The notes beneath the pieces are model-generated. The model did not search any database. It was not told where the DNA came from and saw only the letters and a list, made by a program, of their open reading frames with translations. The position numbers and the translations under genes were made by a program. This document shows, piece after piece, positions 38,158-50,900 of a DNA stretch of 64,000 nucleotides (positions are counted from its first letter, which is position 1; each line of letters opens with the position of its first letter). Source of the DNA: Octopus sinensis (taxonomy: Eukaryota). The stretch covers positions 11,098,001 through 11,162,000 of the forward strand of contig NC_043024.1 in assembly GCF_006345805.1 (NCBI RefSeq), in the 5' to 3' direction.

Positions 38158-40225
38158 CTAAGAGCGGAATTTTCAAGGGACACTCGCTATCCCCTTTAAT
38201 ATTTATGTTATGTCCCTTAGCAGTATTTTGTTCTAAGTTCACATTTTGATGAGGTCGACTTTACCTTTCGTCCTTTCTGGTGTTGATAAAAGAAGTACCA
38301 GTTGAATAGTGGGGCTGATGTAGTCAGCTTATTACCCTAAGTTTAATATTAAGAAAGGCAAAGGCAGGGTGTCAGTTTAGAGATAACAAAGGAACAATTA
38401 ACCATTTGATGTACATGGATGATCTGAAGCTTTTTAGTAAGAATGGAAAAGGGATTCCTTAAAACAGACTGTAAGACTCTTCCGCAAAGATAAAGGCATG
38501 GAATTTGGCATAGATGAGAGGAGGCATGTTAGACATAAAAAATGGACAGGTAGTCAGCAGTGAAGGTGTCCACTGACCAGATGGCCAGACACTAAAATTA
38601 TTGAGGAAAGGAGGAAGATATATGTATCTAGGAGTATTAGAATTGTAGTGACGCTACTGTGTAAGGTTCAGTGCACATGCGCTGAATTGGATTACTTCCG
38701 GTTGGCCACCGGAAGTTTCCTCATGCGCATGCGCAGGAACTGCAACCTGAAAGCGTGATCACTAAATTGGTCTTTCTGGCAGAGCAGCGCTAGCGATCGA
38801 ACGTGGCTCGACTTCTCTCAACGAACACTGTATCTTCTTGGCTCACACAAGTGAACATTGTAAACAGTCCTGTGGACTCGGCTGCCGGTTTCCCCACAAG
38901 AAATACATATTTTCTTTCTTTCTTTTACTTGTTTCAGTCATTTGACTGCGGCCATGCTGGAGCACCACCTTTAGTCGAGCAAATCGACCCCGGGACTTAT
39001 TCTTTTGTAAGCCCAGTACTTATTCTATAGGTCTCTTTTGCCGAACCGTTAAGTGATGGGGACATAAATACACCAGCATCGGTTGTCAAGCAATGCTAGG
39101 GGGACAAACACAGACACACAAACACACACACACACACACACATACATATATATATACATATATACGACAGGCTTCTTTCAGTTTCCGTCTACCAAATCCA
39201 CTCACATGTATATGTTTTACCTGTGAACCGCTGAATAAACTACTATTTGTTGTTATCGAAGACAGCCTGACTTTGGTTGTTTCTTCAATTTGTATGTGAC
39301 AAGATCAGATCGGACACCCCTCAAGTGTTCCTAAACTCTCATCCTGTTACAGAATCTAACAGAGTACTAATCATAGAAATGAGAAAGAAAATTGAGAAGG
39401 AGTACCTCGGTGGGATGAGGAAGTTGATGAAGTCAGAGCTAAATGGCCTGAATCTAGTGAAGGCAGTAAATAGTTACTTAGATATTTAGCAGATATTTGT
39501 ACATTGGACAAAATCTGATTTAGCAAATCTAGGTAGAACCAGGAAGGAATTCAATATGGAGGACTTCATCCTAGAGCAGGAGCAACAAAATTGTATTTAC
39601 TCAGAAAGGAAGGTGGCAGAGCTTTGATATCAGTAGAAGATTGTGTGGAGTTATCTAGAATAGATATAGCTTCCTATGTAGGTGATAGGGAAGAGATTTT
39701 GTAAAGAGCTGCAAGAGTAACAGTAGGAGATAGGGAAACCAAAACGCTAAATGAGGTTAAAAACCAGGAAAAAAAGAAGCAAGATGATGTGACTGGCAAG
39801 AGAAAATAGTAATAGTGAGACATGGTTATGGTTGCAGAAAGGAAGGCTGAAAAGGGAGACAGGGAGTTTGTTAGTAGCAGCACAAGATCAAACATTGTGG
39901 ACTAATTGGATGACTGCCAAGATAGACAAAAAGCAGGTAGATTCCCAACGTAGGTTTTGTAAATAAAAAGAGAAAAGTGTGGATCATTTAGTGAGTGACT
40001 GTAGCATGAATGAAGGCAAGAAAAGACTTGACAACCTAGGGAGAGTAATTCACTGGGAGCTATGTAGAAAACTAGGATTTGAACATATTGATGAACCTAG
40101 TAAAATTACTAGAAAGTAAGAAGTATAAGATGTTGTGGGACTTTAACATTCAGACTGACAAAGTAATAGAAGCTAGAAGAACTGATTTGGTGGTCATGGT
40201 GGTGGTGGTGGTGGTGGTGGTGGTG

Positions 40226-40274
<49 letters not shown>

Positions 40275-40546
40275 ATAAAGAGAATAGAAAATGATGAAAA
40301 AATTACAGAGACTATGGAAAGTGTGGGTAGAATGTAGTTATAGGGGCATTGGGAACTATCACCTAAAGATCTGAACAGCTGGATAGATGAAATAGGCATA
40401 AAACCCAGTTTAGTACAGCTCCAGAAAACAGTGTTGTTAGGGGACAGCTAGGATACTTGGGAGAGTTCTTGGCATCTAAGGTTACTTGTTGTAGACCAAT
40501 GTTAGGAATATTTACTTTTCAAGTTTACTCTGTTGTGCATATGTGG
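38158..40546 (+). mobile_element. Degraded R4/Dong-type (RLE endonuclease) non-LTR retrotransposon in IL-17b intron 1
   Basis: GIFQG..LSPL, HLMYMDDLKLF (YMDD at 38412-38423), GMEFG, YLGVLE, KEY..MRKLMKSELNG.N, LYL.RKEGGR.LISVEDC, AAQDQ, C.FCK..ESVDHLVSDC knuckle, WELCRK, LWDFNIQTDKVIEARR.DL. (AAT)n at both ends. Confidence 0.85.
38644..39351 (+). mobile_element. Solo LTR (itself carrying a SINE) inserted into the R4 LINE
   Basis: TGTAG...TTACA termini, 4-bp TSD GAAT (38640-38643 / 39352-39355), AATAAA at 39234. Removing it restores the LINE frame GVLE|SNRVLIIEMRKKIEKEY. Confidence 0.85.
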
Positions 40547-40694
40547 AATAATAATAATAATAATGATGATGATGATGATGATGAAGACGACGACAACGAC
40601 AATGACAAGAAGAAGAAGAAGAAGAAGAAGAAGAAGAAGAAGAAGAAAGTACAGACTACTAAAAGGAAATTGCAAGAATGTGAACTATGAGAAG

Positions 40695-41000
40695 AGTATC
40701 TGTCGTTCTAATAGTCTTTGGGACACTTGGAATATTAAGAACCAAGTTTGAGAAATATGTCAAAGAAATGGGAATTGACAAGAGAGCAGAGCAAGCCCCT
40801 CCAAAACTGCTCTGCTGGGGACAGCTAGGACTTTGAAATTGGTACTTGGATGTTGAATGTCTCCCTCGGTAATTAACAACCAAGTATCAAAGCTTGTAAT
40901 GTGTGGAAAGAGACCCTTTGAGATCTCTGGCAGCAGGTTGCTGTCACAGAATCTACCAGAACAAATGAGACCAAACGTTCTGAGAAGTAAAACAACAATA
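40695..41000 (+). mobile_element. R4-type LINE 3' end (second family); another copy at 62955-63145
   Basis: Degraded C-terminus VLIVFGTLGIL...KTALLGTART, then a 3'UTR ending gagaagtaaaac(aac/aat)n. Confidence 0.6.
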
Positions 41001-41332
41001 ACAACAATGATAATAACAGCAACAACAACAATAATAAAAATAATAGCAAGAACAACAATTTTTTTTCTATGATAGGCACAAGGCCTGAAATGTGAGGAGA
41101 GAGGGCTAGTTGACTGCATCAGCCTCAGTGCATGACTGGTACTTATTTCTTTGACTCCAATTGAATGAAAGACAAAGTCAGTTTCAGTGGGATTTGAACT
41201 CAGAAATATGGAGTTGGGAAAAATTACTAGGCATAACACCAACATGAACTTCTAACTTGTCTCTTGAGGTCTCTGGGTGAGACTTGGAGCCAACTTGTAC
41301 AAATGTAAAGCAAAAGTCAAACATAGAATAAC

Positions 41333-41381
<49 letters not shown>

Positions 41382-41651
41382 GTAATAATAATAATAATAA
41401 TAATAATAGTAATAATAACAATAATAATAATAATAATCTTTTCTACTCTAGGCGCAAGGCTTGAAATTTTGATGGGAGGGGGCCAGTTGATTAAATCAAC
41501 CCAAGTATGCAACTGGTACTTTAATTTATCGACCCCAAAAGGATGAAAGGCAAAGTTGATCTCGACAAAATTTGAACTCAGAACGTAAAGACAGATGAAA
41601 TACAGCCAAGCATTTTGCCCAGCATGCTAACATTTCTGCCAGCTCGCCACC

Positions 41652-41685
<34 letters not shown>

Positions 41686-41979
41686 TAATAATAATGATAA
41701 TGATAATAGTAATGATAATAATAATCCTTTCTGCTCTAGGCACAAGAGCTGAAATTTCGGGGGAGGGTACTAGTCAAATTACATCAACCCCAGTGCGCAA
41801 CTGTTACTTAATTTATCAACCACAAAAGTTTGAAAGACAAAGTCAACCTCAGAGGAATTTGAACTCGGAACGTAAAGACAGACAAAACACCGCTAAGCAT
41901 TTCGCCCGGCGTGCTAACAGTTCTGCCAACTTGCAGATTAATAATAATAATAATAATAATAAAAATAAGGAATTCTTAC

Positions 41980-42018
41980 CACATGAAGCAGAATGGAAAT
42001 ATAAATGTATGCCAACAT
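41980..42018 (-). CDS. IL17: IL-17b exon 1 (MLAYIYISILLHV), signal peptide core
   Basis: Minus strand aaattATG at 42018, 13 hydrophobic codons, donor GTG|GTAAGA (GT at 41979-41978), phase 0 matching exon 2. Same MLA start as IL-17a. TATA box about 130 nt upstream. Confidence 0.8.
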
Positions 42019-42146
42019 AATTTCAATCAAATTCAATTCAGTTGCTGTAAATAAGAAGTCAGACACAGTTTCACTGGTGGTGGTCACTGAAATAGTTGTT
42101 CGAAGGAATCAGAGCAAATTCAGATGGAAGGTTTGGTCGGCATCGG

Positions 42147-42154
42147 TTTTTATA
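42147..42154 (-). promoter_or_regulatory. TATA box of IL-17b
   Basis: Minus strand gcTATAAAAAcc, followed by an ATG-free leader up to the exon-1 ATG at 42018. Confidence 0.6.
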
Positions 42155-42371
42155 GCAAGAATCGGCCAAAAGAAAAGGGGGCAGGGGTGGAGGAATGTCC
42201 GGTTGGTGGCAGAAGAAGTGGTGTTTTGTGTAGAAATTACCAGAACCGAGAGGGCAGAAGGGGGTTTGGTAAATTGTGGATATTTTTATAGAAATTACGT
42301 AAAATAAGAGGATTTGGGCTTTCTTTATCAAGGAGCAAATATTACATCTAATTTTAGGAGCAGTAGCAGAA

Positions 42372-42400
42372 ATGGGTGGGGGTGGGGGTGGGCTGGTGAT

Positions 42401-42432
<32 letters not shown>

Positions 42433-43000
42433 TATTGGTGTTGTTGTTGTTGTTGTTGGTGGTGGTGCTGGTGCTGGTGCTGGTGGTGGAGTTATTGGTG
42501 GTGTTGGTGTTGGTGGTGGTGGTAGTGGTGGTGGTGGTGGTAGTGGTAGTGGTAGTGGGTAATGATGACATTCCTGATGATGATGATGATGAGCACAACG
42601 CCAACACCGATGATGGTGATGATGGTAGTCGTGGTGGTGGTGGTGGTGGTGGTGATCATCACTACCATCATCATGAAAGTGAAGTCAATGGTGACGATGA
42701 TGGTAGTGGTCAATACGCGGAGGGGTGATAATGATTTCAGTGGTGGTGGTGCTGACGATGATAATGATGATGATGATGATGATGACGATGATGATGATGA
42801 TGGTGGAAACTTCAACAGCAGCAACAGCAAAAGTGCTGGTGGTAGTAGTGGTGGTGGTGGTGATGGTGGTGGCGGCAGAGGTGGTGGTGGTGGTGGTGGC
42901 GGAGATGGTTGCAGCGGCGACGGAAGCGTCAGCAATGCTGTTGATGATGATGATGATGGTGTTAATGATGATAAGAGAGACAAACAAAGGAGCAATTTTA
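42372..43000. repeat. (GGT)n/(GAT)n compound trinucleotide tract immediately upstream of the IL-17b promoter
   Basis: Direct reading. Confidence 0.9.
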
Positions 43001-43798
43001 AAGAATTATTAAAAAGAAAAAAAACAGAAAAGAAAAAAAATCGCTAATGAGGATGTAATTAGAACTCGAAATATCTAGAAGTGGTGGCCATGGTTGTGGT
43101 GGTGGTGATGACGATGAAGAAAAAGAGAGACCGGGGAGTGGAGGGTGGGTGAGGTGGAAGAGAGGCAGGGTGGATAAAGGAATGGTTGATTGATAAAAAA
43201 AAAAAGATACAAGTGGTTGTTCCCCCTCCCCTCAAAAAACAATCTGATGAACTTTTATTAATGTTAAACAAAGGAAGGTGCTTCGTAACTTTTCCATTTT
43301 GGCAAATTACATCTGCATTTGCTGTTGTTGTTGTTGTTGTTGTTGTTGTTAGTTAGACCCAAGTCAATCCTGTTTGAGAGCAAACCTACAATCAGAAGCA
43401 TTCTAGTCATGAATATTCGGTCTGTCTATGTGTATCTAGGATTACAGTTATCTTATTGCGCTCTGTTCTTAATTTGAAACCATGAAGTGTGATTTACAGG
43501 AGGTTTGGCTGCTGTTTCTAGCAACCATATAGAGGTCCCTGGTCTGGAGACAGTTGACCTTATAATCCTTTCTAATTTTGGCACAATGCCAGCAATTATG
43601 GGGGAAGTGGGGGAGGGTCAGGCAATTACATCAACCCCAGTACTTGACTGGTACTTTATTTTATCAACCCTGAAAGGTAAAGTGGATGTTGATGGAATTT
43701 GAACTCAGAACACAGAGTTGGAAAAAATATTGTTCATTATTTTTCTCAATGCACTAATAATACTGCCAACTTGCCATCTTAATAATAATAATAATAAT

Positions 43799-44355
43799 AA
43801 ATGCCCTGATGCAGTACCAGGCAGTGGCTCTCATGGCTTCTGATCTTAACTGATTGGAAGTGTTATCATGTACATTGTTTTGTCTTGGTATAAAAGATGG
43901 GCTACAGCAAATATTCTGCTCAATACCACAGATTTGCTTGTCAGTTGTTTGACTTAACCAGTTGAGCATGTCCCTTAATGGCTGATGATATGTGCATCTC
44001 TGATCACGAGCAGAAGTAGTGGGGGAGCATCATAGCATTTGTGTGAGAGGGATTCTTTGGGGTTTGAATAATTCACCTCTGGAAAATGGGTGGTTCTTTC
44101 AACATCCTTAAACAACCCTTATTCCAGAGACCTTTTGAGCAGGATGGGCTACTCAACCTGAAGAAAATTCTAACTGGGCCCCACCTGCAAGGTCATGCGC
44201 TGTTTATCTTGATATGAGATCACCATGTCGCGCACATATGGTTGTGATGCATGTGCCTGGTGTACCCTTATCAGATGGGTAGTCATGATGGGTATATTGG
44301 GCTTCGTATATTTTACCCCAGTGTCACTTTGATGGCATGCACTGCTCTCTCACTC
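43799..44355 (+). mobile_element. ~557-bp unclassified interspersed element bounded by (AAT)n
   Basis: aaatgccctgatgcagtacc...gcactgctctctcactc; near-identical copies at 44861-45354, 62382-62939 and a partial inverted copy at 52672-52804. Confidence 0.8.
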
Positions 44356-44377
44356 AATAATAATAATAATAATAAAA

Positions 44378-44845
44378 ATCATGCCTCCTCATTGATATGA
44401 CTATCCCAATCGATAGAAACGTATCTGTCAAGACCTACCAAAATCTGAGCAAATATAAAGATCTTGAAATAGAAATCAGCAAAATGTGGAACCTGAAGAC
44501 TAAAACAATACCTGTTGTCATAGGTGCCCTGGGAATGATAGCAAAAGGAGCCGATTCCTACCTAGCTCAGATACCAAGAAACCCCCAAATGGCAGAAATT
44601 CAAAAGATAGTGCTCATGGGAACTGCCCATATCCTATGTAAAATACTGTCGATGTAATCTCAAGTTTTAAAACAAACATAATTTTCTTATGGTTTCTTAA
44701 ACATTCTCTAGAACAACACTAAGTACAAAACCAAATATATGGCACACTAGGCATAACACCAACATGAACTTCCAACCTGTTGTCTCTTGAGGTCTCTGGG
44801 CGAGACTTGGAGCCAACTTGTACAAATGTAAAGCAAAAATCAAAC
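44378..44845 (+). mobile_element. R4-type LINE 3' end (third family); tail also at 41226-41325
   Basis: IDMTIPIDRNV...KYKDLEIEISKMW...IPVVIGALG...IQKIVLMGTAHIL (RLE C-terminus), flanked by (AAT)n/(AAC)n. Confidence 0.8.
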
Positions 44846-44860
44846 AACAACAATAATAAT

Positions 44861-45354
44861 AAATGCCCTGATGCAGTACCAGGCAGTGGCTCTCATGGCT
44901 TTTGATCTTAACTGATTGGAAGTGTTATCATGTACATTGTTTTGTCTTGGTATAAAAGATGGGCTACAGCAATATTCTGCTCATACACAGATTTGCTTGT
45001 CAGTTGTTTGACCTTAACCAGTTGAGCATGTCCCTTAGTGGCTGACGATATGTGCATCTCTGATCATGAGCAGAAGTAGTGGGGGAGCATCATAGCCATG
45101 TGTTGAGGGGAGCTCTTGGAGGTTTGGATAATTCACCTTCACAAACATGGGTGTTTTGTTCATCATCCTTAAACAACCCTTATTCAGGGACCTTTTGAGC
45201 GGGATGGGCTACTCAACCTGAAGAAAATTCTAACTGGGCCCCACCTGCAAGGTCATGTGCTGTTTATCTTGATATGAGATCACCATGTCGCGCACATATG
45301 GTTGTGATGCATGTGCCTGGTGTCACTTTGATGGCATGCACTGCTCTCTCACTC
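44861..45354 (+). mobile_element. Second copy of the ~557-bp (AAT)n-bounded element (internal deletion)
   Basis: Same ends as 43799-44355. Confidence 0.8.
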
Positions 45355-45401
45355 AGTAATAATAATGATAATAATAATAATAATAATAGTAGTAGTAGTA
45401 A

Positions 45402-45432
<31 letters not shown>

Positions 45433-45433
45433 C

Positions 45434-45478
<45 letters not shown>

Positions 45479-47953
45479 ACCCTTTCTACTATTAGCACAA
45501 GGCCTGAAGTTATGGGTGAAGGGTTAATCAATTACATCGACCCCAGTACTCAACTGGTACTTATTTTATTGACCCTGAAAGCATGAACAGCAAAGCTGGC
45601 CTCTGCAGAATTTGAACTCAGAACATTGAAACAAGCAAAATGCCACTAAGCATTTTGTTGAACAATTCTGCCAACTCGTTAATGGTTCTAATTTAGGTAA
45701 AAATCCTTTATTTTTGAGAGGAGGGGTTAGCTGCTATCATTTGTTACTTTATTTTTATCAACCCTGAAAGGATGAAAGGTAAGTTTGGGGCTGGCTGGAT
45801 TTGAACCCACAACGTACAGAGCTAGAATGAACATCACATGGTAATGACTCTGCAAGCTCACTCCTATGGTTCCTGTTATAATTCTTCCCAATAACAGCCA
45901 CAAGGCCATAAATGTTAGACAAGATGGTTGAAGTTACCTTTCATGTTTAATACCTAACTTGTTTCAAAGATGGTAAGCTGGTGGAATCATTAGCACACCG
46001 GACGAAATGCTTTGTGGCATTTCATCTGTCTTTACGTTCTGAGTTCAAATTCCGCCAAGGTCAACTTTGCCGTTGTCCTTTCGGGGTCAATAAATTAAGT
46101 ACCAGTTGCAAACTGGGGTCAATCTAATCAACTGGCCCTCTCCCCTAAAATTTCAGGCCTTATGCCTAGAGTAGATAAGAATATCTAGCTTGTTTCAGTG
46201 ATTAGGCTGCGGCCATGCTGGGGCACTGCCTTGAAGAAGTTTTACTCAAATAAATCGCCCCCCCCCCCAGCATTTATATACTTTTCATAAGCCTGGTACT
46301 TATTCTATCAGTCTCTTATACCAAGCTGCTAGGTTATAGTAATAAAAGTAGAACAGGTAGAAAGGGGGGACGTTATGTCTGTGGGTCAAAGGCCAGATAT
46401 ACACAACACACATATGTATATATGCAAAATATGGGGGTTTAGTTCACAGGTGATCTAAATGACTAGGTACGCTGAGTACGTGCTATAACAGATTACGAGG
46501 GCTCTAAGCTCATAGCCAAGATGGGAGTTATGGAACCATTGTAGATTTCCGATATAGCGGATATATAATTGTTAAAGAGGACAACAAATGTTAAGGCAAG
46601 GCAAGCATTTCAAGTCATATACTCTTACTCTTTACTCTTTTACTTGTTTCAGTCATTTGACTGCGGCCATGCTGGAGCACCGCCTTTTAGTTGAACAAAT
46701 TAACCCCAGGACTTATTCTTTGCAAGCCTAGTTCTTATTCTATCGGTCTCTTTTGTCGAACCGCTAAGTTACGGGGACGTAAACACACCAGCATCAGTTG
46801 TCAAGTGATGTTGGGGGGACAAACACTGACACACAAACATATACACACACATATATACATATATATACATATATACGACGGGCTTCTTTCAGTTTCCGTC
46901 TACCAAATCCACTCACAAGACTTTGGTCAGCCTGAGGCTATAGTAGAAGACACTTGCCCAAAGTGCCACGCAGTGGGACTGAACCCGGAACCATGTGGTT
47001 GGTAAGCAAGCTACTTACCACACAGCCACTCCTACACCTAATACATATATATACGAGAGGCTTCTTTCAGTTTCCGTCTACCAAATCCATTCACAAGGCA
47101 TTGGTCGGCCCGAGGCTATAGTAGAAGACACTTGCCCAAGGTGCCACGCAGTGGGACTGAACCTGGAACCATGTGGTTGGTAAGCAAGCTACTTACCACA
47201 CAGCCACTCCTACGCCTACTTATATATATATATACACACACACATATATACACATATATATACAAACACTTGCACACATGCACATGCACACATGCACCCC
47301 CCCCCACATACACACACATACAGATAGCTGAACAGAGACAGTGAGACCTAGTGCTTGGGTTGTACTTTAATAACCCCTGAAGACATGAAAAGCAATATTG
47401 GCCTCAGTAGGATTTGAACTCACAATGCAGAGATCTAGAATAAATTATAAATAGATCAATGCATTCCATCTGGTTTTGTAATAAGAAAAACAAAAAAAAA
47501 AAAACCTTGCCATTTCACTTCCTTTGCTTAAGTCAGTGATAACATGATGAAGGGAACAGGGTAAACAACGAAGCTATGCAAGGAAGCAGAAAGAGAGAGA
47601 GAGATGGGGAGGAGAGAGGGGGAGAGGGAAGGGGAGAGATGGGGAGGAGAGAGGGGAGGAGGGGAGAGTAAAAAGAAGGATAGATAAGTTATTGATAACA
47701 TGTTTATTGCTGGGAATTTTATAAAAGACAAACACACCCACGTTACAAGCGCATAAGTGATAGGACCAAAACCTCAGCCAATTAGAAGACCAGGACTAAA
47801 TTTACTGATTAGAGAGAAAAAGGAACGTAAAACATCAAAGTTGAAATGAATGCTTGGAGGGTGACAAATAGTTTGGGATTGATCCTGGATCGAAAGCAGA
47901 GTGTGTAGCCTTGCATTCTATACAAGTTCTAGGTATTAATAGGTACCCAGAAG

Positions 47954-50900
47954 AAGGCAGTGAGCTGGCAGAAACGTTAGCGCCCCGGGTGAAATGCTTA
48001 GCAGTATTTCGTCTGTCTTTACGTTCTGAGTTCAAATTCTGCCGAGGTCAACTTTGCTTTTCATCCTTTCGGGGGGTTGATTAAATAAGTACCAATTACA
48101 CACTGGGTCGATGTAATCGACTTAACCCCTTTGTCAGTCTTTGTTTGTCCCCTCTATGTTTAGCCCCCTGTGAGTAATAAAGAAATACGTATTTCGTCTG
48201 TCTTTACGTTCTGAGTTCAAATTCTGCCGAGGTCAACTTTGCTTTTCATCCTTTCGGGGGGTTGATTAAATAAGTACCAATTACACACTGGGTCGATGTA
48301 ATCGACTTAACCCCTTTGTCAGTCTTTGTTTGTCCCCTCTATGTTTAGCCCCCTGTGAGTAATAAAGAAATACGTATTTCGTCTGTCTTTACGTTCTGAG
48401 TTCAATTATTCTGGAGGTCAACTTTGCTTTTCATCCTTTCGGGGGGTTGATTAAATAAGTACCAATTACACACTGGGTCGATGTAATCGACTTAACCCCT
48501 TTGTCAGTCTTTGTTTGTCCCCTCTATGTTTAGCCCCCTGTGAGTAATAAAGAAATACGTATTTCGTCTGTCTTACGTTCTGAGTTCAAATTCTGCCGAG
48601 GTCAACTTTGCTTTTCATCCTTTCGGGGGGTTGATTCAATAAGTGAACCAATTACAACTGGGTCGATGTAACGACTTAACCCCTTTGTCAGTCTTTGTGT
48701 TTGTCCCCTCTATGTTTAGCCTGTGAGTAATAAAGAAATACGTATTTCGTCTGTCTTTACGTTCTGAGTTCAATTCTGCCGAGGTCAACTTTGTTTTCAT
48801 CCTTTCGGGGGGTGATTAAATAAGTACCAATACACACTGGGTCGATGTAATCGACTTAACCCCTTGTCAGTCTTTGTGTCCCCTAGTATGTTTGCCCCTG
48901 TGAGTAATAAGAAATACGTATTTCGTCTGTCTTTACGTTCTGAGTTCAAATTCTGCCGAGGTCAACTTTGCTTTTCATCCTTCGGGGGGTTGATTAAATA
49001 AGTACCAATTACACACTGGGTCGATGTAATCGACTTAACCCCTTTGTCAGTCTTTGTTTGTCCCCTCTATGTTTAGCCCCCTGGAGTAATAAAGAAATAC
49101 GTATTTCGTCTGTCTTTACGTTCTGAGTTCAAATTCTGCCGAGGTCAACTTGCTTTTCATCCTTTCGGGGGGTTGATTAATAAGTACCAATTACACCACT
49201 GGGTCGATGTAATCGACTTAACCCCTTTGTCAGTCTTTGTTTTTGTTTGTCCCCTATTGTTTAGCCCCCTGTGAGTAATAAAGAAATACGTATTTCGTCT
49301 GTCTTTACGTTCTGAGTCAAATTCTGCCGAGGTCAACTTTGCTTTTCATCCTTTCGGGGGGTTGATTAAATAAGTACCAATTACAACTGGGTCGATTAAT
49401 CGACTTAACCCCTTTGTCAGTTTGTTTGTCCCCTCTATGTTTAGCCCCCTGTGAGTAATAAAGAAATACGTATTTCGTCTGTCTTTACGTTCTGAGTTCA
49501 ATTCTGCCGAGGTCAACTTTGCTTTTCATCCTTTCGGGGGGTTGATTAAATAAGTACCAATTACACACTGGGTCGATGTAATCGACTTAACCCCTTTGTC
49601 AGTCTTTGTTTGTCCCCTCTATGTTTAGCCCCCTGTGAGTAATAAGAAATACGTATTTCGTCTGTCTTACGTTCTGAGTTCAAATTCTGCCGAGGTCAAC
49701 TTTGCTTTTCATCCTTTCGGGGGGTGATTAAATAAGTACCAATTACACACTGGGTCGATGTAATCGACTTAACCCCTTTGTCAGTCTTGTTTGTCCCCTT
49801 CTATGTTTAGCCCCCTGTGAGTAATAAAGAAATACGTATTCGTCTGTCTTTACGTTCTGAGTTCAAATTCTGCCGAGGTCAACTTTGCTTTTCATCCTTT
49901 CGGGGGGTTGATTAAATAAGTACCAATTACAACACTGGGTCGATGTAATCGACTTAACCCCTTTGTCAGTCTTTGTTTGTCCCCTCTAGTTTAGCCCCCT
50001 GTGAGTAATAAAGAAATACGTATTTCGTCTGTCTTTACGTTCTGAGTTCAAATTCTGCCGAGGTCAACTTTGCTTTTCATCCTTTCGGGGGGTGATTATT
50101 AATAAGTACCAATTACACACTGGGTCGATGTAATCGACTTAACCCCTTTGTCAGTCTTGTTTGTCCCCTCTTGTAGCCCCCTGGAGTAATAAAGAAATAC
50201 GTATTTCGTCTGTCTTTACGTTTGAGTTCAAATTCTGCCGAGGTCAACTTTGCTTTTCATCCTTTCGGGGGGTTGAATTAAATAAGTACCAATTACAACT
50301 GGGTCGATGTAATCGACTTAACCCCTTTGTCAGTCTTTGTTTGTCCCCTCTATGTTTAGCCCCCTGTGAGTAATAAAGAAATACGTTTTCGTCTGTCTTA
50401 ACGTTCTGAGTTCAAATTCTGCCGAGGTCAACTTTGCTTTTCATCCTTTCGGGGGTTGATTAAATAAGTACCAATTACACATGGGTCGATGTAATTGACC
50501 TTAAACCCCTTTGTCAGTCTTTGTTTGTCCCCTCTATGTTTAGCCCCCTGTGAGTAATAAAGAAATACGTATTTCGTCTGTCTTTACGTTCTGAGTTCAA
50601 ATTCTGCCGAGGTCAACTTTGCTTTTCATCCTTTCGGGGGGTTGATTAAATAAGTACCAATTACACACTGGGTCGATGTAATCGACTTAACCCCTTTGTC
50701 AGTCTTTGTTTGTCCCCTCTATGTTTAGCCCCCTGTGAGTAATAAAGAAATACGTATTTCGTCTGTCTTTACGTTCTGAGTTCAAATTCTGCCGAGGTCA
50801 ACTTTGCTTTTCATCCTTTCGGGGGGTTGATTAAATAAGTACCAATTACACACTGGGTCGATGTAATTGACTTAACCCCTTTGTCAGTCTTTGTTTGTCC

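Noticed and set aside
42314-43047. Gly/Asp/Val/Thr-rich ORFs in several frames
   Set aside because: Open in most frames on both strands because it is a (GGT)/(GAT) tract, not a glycine-rich protein gene.
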